From Acetivibrionales bacterium (GTDB lineage Bacteria; Bacillota; Clostridia; Acetivibrionales; DTU013), in NCBI GenBank assembly GCA_050952225.1, contig JBMNKL010000001.1, positions 238,589-302,588 of the forward strand: a DNA stretch of 64,000 nt, in the 5' to 3' direction. Within the stretch, counting starts at the first letter, position 1; each line of letters opens with the position of its first letter. The translations under genes and the position numbers were made by a program. The notes beneath the pieces are model-generated. The model saw only the letters and a list, made by a program, of their open reading frames with translations, did no database searches and was not told the origin of the DNA. Positions 28,841-35,843 of this stretch are shown here, one piece after another.

Positions 28841-30415
28841 TCAATGATGCTCCCGGAATATGTCGGATAGCCGGATAACGTAGTTCAGCCCTTCCATGTG
28901 TTCATCGATATTAAAACAGACGTAGATTTCCTCTCCGGACATCACCCTGATTTCCTTTACGATTTTTTTCAAATCGTTATTATCTATGCTTTCGGTAAAT
29001 CTGAAATTATCAAAAGCCTCCCTGAACCTTTTCAGGCATTCCCTGGTATGCCTGCTGAGCTCCCTGGTTTTGTCCGCACTGTTCAGTTTAAAGCTGAGCT
29101 TTTCAATCTCCGCGTTAACAGGCAGCATGTCCTGTTTTGCCTCCTCCATCGGTATCAGCCCGTCCAACGCCAACTCTTTCAAACGTTCGCGCCTGGCCGT
29201 GAGTTTCTCAAGCTGCTCCCTTGCTTCCTCAAGGTCATAGCCCTCGCTTGCCCGGACATATTCCCTGACCAGCGCGCTGCATTTTCGCTCTACTGACTCG
29301 AAGAAGGCGGCTTTATCACGTATGAGGCCGTTAAAGAGCCTGTCCAGTCCCTCTTTAAGCATGTCCTCATTTACCCTCGCGTATTCCGACTCGCAGCGGT
29401 TCTTCCCGTAAGCGCTCCTCTTTGAGCAAGTCCACCATACATATAAATGCCCGTTTGGCGAGTATCTCCTCTGGTACCGCCGGAAGGAAAAACCGCATGA
29501 TCCGCATTTAATCAGGTTGGAGAACAAGTGCTTCTCGCTCCTCCTGGTAAACGCGCAGTTGTATGCTTCGGCATTTAGCTTCATCTGCTCCTGTGCCTTA
29601 TAAAACTGCTCATCCGAGATTATGCGAAATTCCGGCCTTTCGACGACATACCATTTACTTTCAGGATTGTTAACCCTTTTATTGGTGAATATGTCTACGC
29701 TGCTCTGCTTTCCGTTTATAACACGGCCTATGTATATTTCATTTTTCAGTATTTTACCGACGGCCGTCTGCGACCAGTTGCAGCTGGGCTTTCCGTTCAC
29801 CGGCCTTTTGGTTTTAACCCCGCTCTGATACAAGTAGGAGGCAATCCTGGCCATGCCCCATTTTTCCTCGGTATAAAGGTCGAATATTTTGCGGACCCAT
29901 TTGCTTTCTTCGTCATTAGGGACAAGGTTGTAACGGTCAATCCTGTCATAACCGAAAACAAAGTTGGGCACCCTCCCCTTTTCCTTGCCTAACTGCTTGC
30001 CAAACTTGACCTTTTCCGAAATACGCTGGGACTCGCTCTCAGCCAGCATCGCCATCAGGTTTAAAGTAAAGCTGTCAATATCCTTGCCCTCACCCATATT
30101 GACAAGATGCAGGCTGACCCCGTAGGAATTCAGCTCCCTTGTAACGGTGATAAAATCCAGCGTGTTCCTGAAGAGCCTGCTGATATCCTTTACATAGAGC
30201 TTCTGAAACTCAGCGCGTTCAGCTGCCTTTCGCAAGCGCTGCAAGTCCTTCCTGTTCTGCATCTTTGTAGCCGACTTGCCCTTGTCGCAATAAACGGCTA
30301 CCAGCTCATCTCCCCTGGCAGGTATATACTTTTCAAAAAACTCACGCTGGTTTTCCAGCGAGCTTTGCTGTTCTTCCTTATCGGTACTGACCCTGATATA
30401 CGCGGCAGCCCTCAT
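28841..30415 (-). CDS. large serine recombinase (SpoIVCA/serine-integrase class)
   Basis: 524 aa. The N-terminal resolvase catalytic domain has AAYIRVSTDKEEQ (nucleophile Ser) and ISRLFRN. It is followed by a recombinase domain (WGMARIASYL, WSQTAVGKILKNEIYIG), a zinc-ribbon Cys cluster (CGSCG ... WWTCSKRSAYGKNRC) and a long coiled-coil C-terminus. The stop lies 11 nt from the 12-bp terminal repeat. Confidence 0.92.
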   Translation of the reverse strand: MRAAAYIRVSTDKEEQQSSLENQREFFEKYIPARGDELVAVYCDKGKSATKMQNRKDLQRLRKAAERAEFQKLYVKDISRLFRNTLDFITVTRELNSYGVSLHLVNMGEGKDIDSFTLNLMAMLAESESQRISEKVKFGKQLGKEKGRVPNFVFGYDRIDRYNLVPNDEESKWVRKIFDLYTEEKWGMARIASYLYQSGVKTKRPVNGKPSCNWSQTAVGKILKNEIYIGRVINGKQSSVDIFTNKRVNNPESKWYVVERPEFRIISDEQFYKAQEQMKLNAEAYNCAFTRRSEKHLFSNLIKCGSCGFSFRRYQRRYSPNGHLYVWWTCSKRSAYGKNRCESEYARVNEDMLKEGLDRLFNGLIRDKAAFFESVERKCSALVREYVRASEGYDLEEAREQLEKLTARRERLKELALDGLIPMEEAKQDMLPVNAEIEKLSFKLNSADKTRELSRHTRECLKRFREAFDNFRFTESIDNNDLKKIVKEIRVMSGEEIYVCFNIDEHMEGLNYVIRLSDIFREHH

Positions 30416-30666
30416 CCGCTATCATCCTTCCTGCCGCATTCTCCCGCATTTGTCAATGGCGGGACCCCTGGCTTCCCGCAGCTCGCCCGGTTTCCCATGT
30501 CGCCCGGATTACCATCCGCTGAACCGTCAACAGCATTCCCGGTGATATTTTCAACCACCGAATCAACAATATTTCTTGCAACCCCGGAGGACAACGCCTC
30601 CGATATAATTTCCAGGATGGCAGGATCAAGGTTTTCTTTCGTGTTGATTGGCTGAGCTTGTCCCAT
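30412..30666 (-). CDS. 84-aa acidic hypothetical protein, translationally coupled to the recombinase
   Basis: Its stop overlaps the recombinase ATG by 4 nt (ATGA). The sequence MGQAQPINTKENLDPAILEIISEALSSGVARNIVDSVVENITGNAVDG... has a helical acidic N-half and a Gly/Pro-rich tail. The RBS context is poor and an alternative frame exists (see rejected list). Function unknown. Confidence 0.4.
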   Translation of the reverse strand: MGQAQPINTKENLDPAILEIISEALSSGVARNIVDSVVENITGNAVDGSADGNPGDMGNRASCGKPGVPPLTNAGECGRKDDSG

Positions 30667-30695
30667 CTCCCTACCCCCAACGTTGTCTCCTTTTT

Positions 30696-30726
30696 AATGT
30701 ATATTTCCTGGACGGGGGATTTATTC
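30696..30726 (-). promoter_or_regulatory. weak sigma-E-like promoter candidate upstream of the small ORF/recombinase pair
   Basis: Gene strand: GAATAAA, 16 nt, TATACATT. The -10 matches CATACAHT at 7/8 and the -35 fits xxATAxx. The spacer is 2 nt longer than the 14 nt I recall for the B. subtilis sigma-E consensus. Confidence 0.2.
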
Positions 30727-30830
30727 TTATGCCAGCATCCGCCTGCGTGAAAAGATCCGCCTGTATATTTAGCGCACTTCACTTTATCAGCCCTGATTAT
30801 CACTGGCTCGCACATGTCTATGCCATCATA

Positions 30831-30860
30831 ACAAAAGGGAGAATCAGCATTCTCCCCTTT
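30831..30860 (-). terminator. intrinsic terminator after the SDR gene
   Basis: Gene strand GGGAGAAT-GCTG-ATTCTCCC followed by TTTTGTT, 40 nt after the SDR stop. Confidence 0.6.
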
Positions 30861-30901
30861 AATGTACTGGCCTGTTCACTTAAAACCATATATTTATATG
30901 C

Positions 30902-31663
30902 TTATCTCGACGCGTATCCGCCATCTACCTGAATCACGGCCCCGCTTAAATAATCAGACGCGGCGGAAGCAAGGAATATCACGGCACCTTTCATATCCGA
31001 CGGCTCTCCCCATCTGCCGGCCGGGATGCGTGACAAAATATCCCGGTTGCGTTCTTCGTCGTTCTTAAGTGCCATGCACATATCTGTCGCCATATATCCG
31101 GGAGCAATGGCATTTACATTTATGCCTTTGGATGCCCACTCATTCCCCAGGGTTTTTGTCATTTGGGCTAGACCGGCCTTGCTCGCTGTATAAGCCGGTA
31201 TTAAAATTCCTCCGAAATAGATACTCATCGAAAGAATATTTATTATCTTACCCTTCCCTTGCTTCAGCATTTCACGCCCCGCCAGCTGACAGAGAATAAA
31301 TGCTGACCGCAAATTCACGTTCATAATATCATCAAAATCACTCATTAAAAAATCTTCGCTGTTCCTCCTGCGTTGAATGCCTGCGTTGTTTACCAATATG
31401 TCGATCTTTCCGCCAAGCAAATCAAGCGCCTCTTTAAAAACACGCCTTGTATCCTCCTCATAAAGAAGATTGCCCCTTACAGCGTGTGCAGGATATCCGG
31501 CGGCACGAAACTCGCCGGCCTTCTTTTCAGCCTTATCCGAGCTTCCTGTCAAAACCACCTCGGCACCTGCTTCTAAAAGACCTTCCGCTATGCCGCTTCC
31601 CAGTCCGGTTCCTCCGCCTGTGACAAGTGCTTTTTTCCCAGTCAAATCAAACAATTTCATCAT
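30902..31663 (-). CDS. short-chain dehydrogenase/reductase (KduD / gluconate-5-dehydrogenase-like), cargo of the element
   Basis: 253 aa, classical SDR: VTGGGTGLGSG (TGxxxGxG), LVNNAGI, catalytic YTASK (YxxxK), IAPGYMATDM, and a C-terminal VIQVDGGY. Confidence 0.9.
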   Translation of the reverse strand: MMKLFDLTGKKALVTGGGTGLGSGIAEGLLEAGAEVVLTGSSDKAEKKAGEFRAAGYPAHAVRGNLLYEEDTRRVFKEALDLLGGKIDILVNNAGIQRRRNSEDFLMSDFDDIMNVNLRSAFILCQLAGREMLKQGKGKIINILSMSIYFGGILIPAYTASKAGLAQMTKTLGNEWASKGINVNAIAPGYMATDMCMALKNDEERNRDILSRIPAGRWGEPSDMKGAVIFLASAASDYLSGAVIQVDGGYASR

Positions 31664-31962
31664 CTATCATCTCCAGTCGCTAAATATATTATCATTGCTA
31701 ACTACACCATAAACCACGTTTCTTAGCATATACAGTGCGCTTAACAAGCCTGTCCATCGCTTGTGATAGATAAGATTTATGACATCGGTCATTATATTAC
31801 GTACCTGGTGCTATGCAGTGTGCAAGGATATTCTTATGACCAGGATGGCGAGAAAGCCTATATGTCAACAGTATTATACCACCTTTGGATACGCATAACA
31901 AGCAAGCCTTCGAATCCGCCGCTTGTCTGTGCAACCCTCGAAACAGCTGCCGGTGCCGGTCT

Positions 31963-32109
31963 TCAGCGGCGACCGACACCGATCCTTAACACCGTGTGTA
32001 CGGTGCTTTTGCTGATTCCAAATTTCTTAGCGGCCGCCCTTACGGTCGCTTTTTCCTCAATAATGTAATTTGCCAATTCTATAGCCCTCTCTTCAATATA
32101 TACCTTCAA
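31963..32109 (-). CDS. spoIIID: spoIIID 5' segment (codons 1-38) running into element sequence
   Basis: TTG start at 32109 with a GAAGAGGGGG RBS 9 nt upstream. It encodes (M)KVYIEERAIELANYIIEEKATVRAAAKKFGISKSTVH, the conserved SpoIIID N-terminal HTH. After His38 it reads 10 unrelated codons (TVLRIGVGRR) and stops at 31963. Genuine spoIIID sequence ends at 31995. Confidence 0.85.
   Translation of the reverse strand: MKVYIEERAIELANYIIEEKATVRAAAKKFGISKSTVHTVLRIGVGRR
31972..31994. repeat. element-end inverted repeat (spoIIID 5'-proximal end)
   Basis: Plus strand ACCGACACCGAT-CCTTAACACCG. The first 12 nt are the perfect reverse complement of 28818-28829. It sits 11 nt from the core copy, the same spacing as at the other end. 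Confidence 0.75.
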
Positions 32110-32235
32110 TTACGTATACCCCCTCTTCAAGTCATGCTGGTGGAGTTGCGTATAGTTTAGTTGCGCGCAAAGGCGCAAAAGGCCCTTGTTGCCCTGCGGA
32201 ATGCCGTTTTCACGGCATCTGTCACGCTTATTGTA

Positions 32236-32264
32236 TATATATGCCGTCTGCGCCGTCTATATGA
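32236..32264 (-). promoter_or_regulatory. sigma-E-like promoter candidate for spoIIID
   Basis: Gene strand: TCATATA, 14 nt, CATATATA. The -35 fits the xxATAxx heptamer, the spacing equals the 14 nt I recall for the B. subtilis sigma-E consensus, and the -10 matches CATACAHT at 6/8. It lies about 125 nt upstream of the TTG start. Confidence 0.3.
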
Positions 32265-32271
32265 ATTAAAA

Positions 32272-32330
32272 GGGGAAAATCAAAAGAGACGGCACACCTC
32301 CGATTATCCATCGAAAAATGTACCATCTCT
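32272..32330 (-). terminator. probable intrinsic terminator after the spoIIQ-like gene
   Basis: Gene strand AGAGATGGTACA ... TGTGCCGTCTCT (12-bp stem with two G-U pairs) followed by TTTGATTTT. Confidence 0.5.
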
Positions 32331-32393
32331 TTGATGCATGCCATCCGATATACTGAATATATTTATGCTTCCTTTGTGAATTTGTTTACAGCT

Positions 32394-33293
32394 TTATTCT
32401 GCCGCGTTATTTGGCAAGTATGCCATCGGATCCACATTTGCATCATCTTTCAAAACCTCGAAATGCAGGTGGGGCGGTTCCGAGGATTCGTCCATGGCGG
32501 TATTCCCGACACTGCCTATAATCTCGCCCTGCCTGACTTTTTGGTTGACCACAACCGTATCGTCCGATGCCAGGTTCCTGTAAAGCGTTTTGAGGCCATC
32601 GCCATGGTCGATTACCACGGTAATCCCATAATACTGCTCGTTCCTGACATCACAGACCACCCCGTCGGCAACGGCAACAACCGGAGTGCCTCTATCGGCG
32701 GCCAGGTCTACGCCCAGATGCGTACGCCATTCTTCGAGCGTTTTCGAGTATACCAGTTTATCCTTTGCAAACTCAAGCACGACCTCCCCGCTTACAGGCA
32801 TTATGAAGCTTTGCCTTTTCACGGGTGTTGTGCTCTTTGAAGGTTTTGGATCGCTTTTGGGCTTTTCGGAAGTTTCATCCTGTTTATCGGTTTTGTCCTT
32901 CTTGTCTTTGTCTTCATCATCCTTTATCTTTGCGGCGCTTTCACTTTCAAAATTGTCAATGGAAGCGGGGGCGCCGATATCGGATTGTTTCCCGGGTACT
33001 GCGGACGCCTGTGTATCGTCTGGTTCATGGGCGTTTAGCCCTTCCGCCTGATTTAATCCTGCATTCTCCCCAACCAAATCATTTTCCGTTTCATTGCTGA
33101 TATTTCTCGCGTTATAATCAGGCTGCCTGGAAAGTGCGTTACGCGTGCTTACAAATATTGCAGTGCCGGCCACAACCGCTATACACAATAAAAGTATGAC
33201 GTAAAATCCTTTCTTGTCCAAAAACTCTTTAATTCCCTTTTTTGCTCCTTTATCTTCCGGAAACTTCTTCATGTTCACAAATTCCACCTCCAT
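32394..33293 (-). CDS. spoIIQ: membrane-anchored M23/LytM peptidase-domain protein, SpoIIQ-like by position
   Basis: N-terminal TM helix (FYVILLLCIAVVAGTAIFV), an Asp/Lys-rich linker, then a C-terminal LytM domain with intact HLGVD (HxxxD) and HLHFEV (HxH). It lies between spoIID and spoIIID, as in C. difficile (spoIID-spoIIQ-spoIIID-mreB). The start is uncertain (33293, 33278 or 33272). Confidence 0.75.
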   Translation of the reverse strand: MEVEFVNMKKFPEDKGAKKGIKEFLDKKGFYVILLLCIAVVAGTAIFVSTRNALSRQPDYNARNISNETENDLVGENAGLNQAEGLNAHEPDDTQASAVPGKQSDIGAPASIDNFESESAAKIKDDEDKDKKDKTDKQDETSEKPKSDPKPSKSTTPVKRQSFIMPVSGEVVLEFAKDKLVYSKTLEEWRTHLGVDLAADRGTPVVAVADGVVCDVRNEQYYGITVVIDHGDGLKTLYRNLASDDTVVVNQKVRQGEIIGSVGNTAMDESSEPPHLHFEVLKDDANVDPMAYLPNNAAE

Positions 33294-33343
33294 ACTATAT
33301 TGTTTCCGCGTATGGCAACTATATACATATGGAGTGAAATATT

Positions 33344-34351
33344 TTAATTTTGCTTTTCGAAATCCTCTATGGAGATAATATCCACACCGGTATAGTAATG
33401 CCTGAGAATCTCTTCAAAAGTGCCGCCTTTTTTCGCAAGCGAATCTGCGCCCCACTGGCTCATCCCCACGCCATGCCCGTGGCCTGTCGTAGTAACCCTG
33501 ACCAGGTCGTCCTCAATCTGCTCAACCGTGAAGCAGGCGGAACGCAAACCGAACAATTTTCGAAATTCGGTGCCTTTTATTACAATATTCCCGACTTTTA
33601 TCATTTTAACCCTGCGGCCGACAGTCAGGCCCAGTATCTCAATGCTGTCCGAAGATATTGCGTCAATCTTCCTGTCGGGATAAGCTTCCTTAAGTTTTTC
33701 AGCTATTTCGTCCGTTTTAAGCATTACGCTCACAATGTAATCTTTTGATGCTTCTTCCCCCTCGCTTTCAACACTCCTCAAATAAGGCACATATGTACCT
33801 TGCCACACGTTTTCGGCATTCTCGGTCCTGCCCGGGCTGCTGGCATGAAACAGAGTATTGGCAACCGTCCCCTGGTACGTCACTATCATGCCCCTTGTCT
33901 CGTTAACCGCCCTTTCTATTTTGCCCCAATATCTCGGGGCGGATAATATTCCCCATTTTTTCATCGCATCTTTCTTGCTCACCCACGCCTGGCAATGGGT
34001 AGAATCGGTACATATATCGGCATCGTCATGCATTCCCTGCTTTGACGCATAAACCCCGGACATGCGTCCGTATGCAAAAGTGCGTGCCGCGACCGCCTGC
34101 GCTTTTAAGGCTTCCAGGTCAAAACCGGCCGGCATTTCCGCAGCCACGACGCCTTTTATGTATTCCTCGAGGTCCATATCAACAGTCTCGCCCGTGGAAG
34201 CGACATATACAGTTATTTTATAGCTCTCTGCTTCCGTTGTTTTTTCGGGAGGCTCGGGCTCGGGTGCGGTTCCGCAGCCCTTTACGATGATAAGCGGAAG
34301 CAGGACAATGACAACGACCATCACACCGGCATAGTATATAAGTTTTTTCAT
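33344..34351 (-). CDS. spoIID: stage II sporulation protein D (lytic transglycosylase of engulfment)
   Basis: 335 aa with a TM/signal anchor and SpoIID-family motifs: EYIKGVVAAEMP, EALKAQAVAARTFA, CTDSTHCQAW, TLFHASSPGRTENAENVW, GHGHGVGMSQWGA. Confidence 0.92.
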   Translation of the reverse strand: MKKLIYYAGVMVVVIVLLPLIIVKGCGTAPEPEPPEKTTEAESYKITVYVASTGETVDMDLEEYIKGVVAAEMPAGFDLEALKAQAVAARTFAYGRMSGVYASKQGMHDDADICTDSTHCQAWVSKKDAMKKWGILSAPRYWGKIERAVNETRGMIVTYQGTVANTLFHASSPGRTENAENVWQGTYVPYLRSVESEGEEASKDYIVSVMLKTDEIAEKLKEAYPDRKIDAISSDSIEILGLTVGRRVKMIKVGNIVIKGTEFRKLFGLRSACFTVEQIEDDLVRVTTTGHGHGVGMSQWGADSLAKKGGTFEEILRHYYTGVDIISIEDFEKQN

Positions 34352-34403
34352 CCGGACCCCCTGGATCAGCTTTCCTGAATTATCACGTTATATATATTCA
34401 CAT

Positions 34404-34433
34404 AAAAAAAAAGTATGCAGCTTATCCGCATAC
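34404..34433 (-). terminator. intrinsic terminator after murA
   Basis: Gene strand GTATGC-GGATAAGCT-GCATAC followed by T9. Confidence 0.7.
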
Positions 34434-34541
34434 CCCGTCTCCTAGTCTTTTTCATATTTGTCAACGCGCCGGAAGTTCATTTGCCGTTTGTCAGGCAGAT
34501 TCTTTCTATCCGCCGGGGACTTATTCATCTTCACCGGAGAC

Positions 34542-35804
34542 TTATTCGTCTTCAGCCCTGGAAATTTCAGCTCCCAGCCCTTTCAGCTTTTCATCCAGTT
34601 TCATGTAGCCCCTGTCGATATGTTCAATATCAAGTATTTCCGTTATGCCTTCCGCTATCAGCCCGGCAAGGATCAGGGCGGCCCCGGCCCGCAAATCGGT
34701 TGTCTTTACCTTTGCCCCCGTTAGCTTTTTGCAGCCTTCGATTATCGCACTCCGGCCTTCCACCTTGATATTTGCCCCCATCCTCTTCAGTTCGCATACA
34801 TGCATGAACCTGTTTTCAAAAATAGTTTCGATAACCATGCTGGTGCCGCTTGCTATGCTCAGCAGCGAAGTCATTTGGGACTGCATGTCGGTCGGAAACC
34901 CGGGATACGGATGGGTCTTGATATCAACGGCATTCAATTCTCCTCCTCGTACCCGTATGGATGTCAGTTCCTCCGAAACCTCCACCCCTGCCTCCCTGAG
35001 CTTTGCAGTAACGGGCTTCAGGTGGTCCGTGACGACATTCTCCACCACGATATCACCGCCTGAAATAGCCGCCGCCACCATGTATGTCCCGGCCTCAATG
35101 CGGTCCGGTATGATGGTATGGTTCGCTCCCTTTAATTCTTTAACCCCTGTTACCTTAATAGTGTCCGTTCCCGCGCCCTTGATGTCCGCGCCCATGGAAG
35201 TCAGGTACGTGGCCAGGTCTACTATTTCAGGCTCAATCGCGGCATTCTCGATAACCGTCAACCCGTCGGCAAGCGATGCCGCCATCATTATGTTTTCCGT
35301 CGCTCCCACGCTTGGGAAATCCAGGTATACCTTTCCTCCCTTGAGACGCCTGTTCCTCCTTGCTTCGACATAACCATGCCCCTGCGTGATACTCGCGCCC
35401 AATGCCATAAATCCTTTTAAGTGCAGGTCAACAGGCCTTGACCCTATGGCGCATCCCCCCGGGAGCGATATCCGCACATACCCTGCCTTTGCCAGCAGCG
35501 GGCCGGCTACGAGAAAAGACGCCCGCAATTTATTCACCAGCTCGTATGGGGCAACCACTTCCGACAATGATCCACAGCTTATTTCCAGCCTGCCCTGGTT
35601 CTCGTGCATTACAACGGTTGCGCCCAGCGATTTCACAAGGTCACACATTATTTTAACATCGTTAAGATATGGTATTTCATCGATAACACTTTTGCCGTCG
35701 GTAAGCAGCGACGCAGCCAATATCGGCAGCGCGGAATTCTTCGCCCCGCTCACGCGGACCCTGCCCTTCAGGTTCCTGCTTTCTGACACTATCAGCCTGG
35801 ACAA
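34542..35804 (-). CDS. murA: UDP-N-acetylglucosamine 1-carboxyvinyltransferase
   Basis: 420 aa, full-length MurA pattern: VSGAKNSALPILAASLL, PGGCAIGSRPVDLHLKG (active-site Cys loop), HPYPGFPTDMQSQ, ENRFMHVCELKRMGA, DLRAGAALILAGL. Confidence 0.95.
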   Translation of the reverse strand: MSRLIVSESRNLKGRVRVSGAKNSALPILAASLLTDGKSVIDEIPYLNDVKIMCDLVKSLGATVVMHENQGRLEISCGSLSEVVAPYELVNKLRASFLVAGPLLAKAGYVRISLPGGCAIGSRPVDLHLKGFMALGASITQGHGYVEARRNRRLKGGKVYLDFPSVGATENIMMAASLADGLTVIENAAIEPEIVDLATYLTSMGADIKGAGTDTIKVTGVKELKGANHTIIPDRIEAGTYMVAAAISGGDIVVENVVTDHLKPVTAKLREAGVEVSEELTSIRVRGGELNAVDIKTHPYPGFPTDMQSQMTSLLSIASGTSMVIETIFENRFMHVCELKRMGANIKVEGRSAIIEGCKKLTGAKVKTTDLRAGAALILAGLIAEGITEILDIEHIDRGYMKLDEKLKGLGAEISRAEDE

Positions 35805-35843
35805 CTAACCTCTCCCCTTTGCCTCCTCATTTGCAATTTACAA

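Larger units (their letters stand above)
28807..32000. mobile_element. 3,194-bp intervening element inserted in spoIIID (serine-recombinase type, skin-like)
   Basis: Bounded by direct copies of TACACA on the gene strand (plus-strand TGTGTA at 28801-28806 and 31995-32000). Symmetric 12-bp inverted repeats sit 11 nt inside each end. It carries a large serine recombinase, a coupled 84-aa ORF and an SDR. Deleting it joins the spoIIID halves in frame. Confidence 0.8.

Noticed and set aside
30453-30815. Alternative 120-aa frame upstream of the recombinase, with a better-placed AAGGAGA before an internal TTG
   Set aside because: The translation is Arg/Trp/Leu-rich and not protein-like. The 84-aa frame (30412-30666) gives a plausible acidic helical protein and ends in an ATGA overlap with the recombinase. 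The choice stays uncertain and is flagged in the findings.
30902-31663. Idea that the element-borne SDR supplies the missing dehydrogenase (RhaW-like) half of the rhamnose pathway
   Set aside because: There is no linkage, regulatory signal or specific sequence feature connecting them. The SDR looks KduD/gluconate-5-dehydrogenase-like. This is pure speculation.
28807-32000. Interpretation of the insertion as a prophage remnant, IS element or transposon that simply killed spoIIID
   Set aside because: It has no transposase or phage structural genes and no target-site duplication beyond the recombination core. The ends are symmetric serine-recombinase-type sites. The target gene halves are undamaged and in frame, and the recombinase is intact. 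A dead insertion cannot be excluded without experimental data, and that possibility is listed under would_refute.
31763-32068. 101-aa plus-strand ORF and 60-aa minus-strand ORF (31797-31979) at the upstream end of the element
   Set aside because: The plus ORF is antisense to the spoIIID 5' segment. I first tried to read the minus ORF as a frameshifted SpoIIID C-terminus, but none of the three frames matches the conserved KDVTERL...RHIRGG sequence. That sequence is found intact at 28652-28806 instead.
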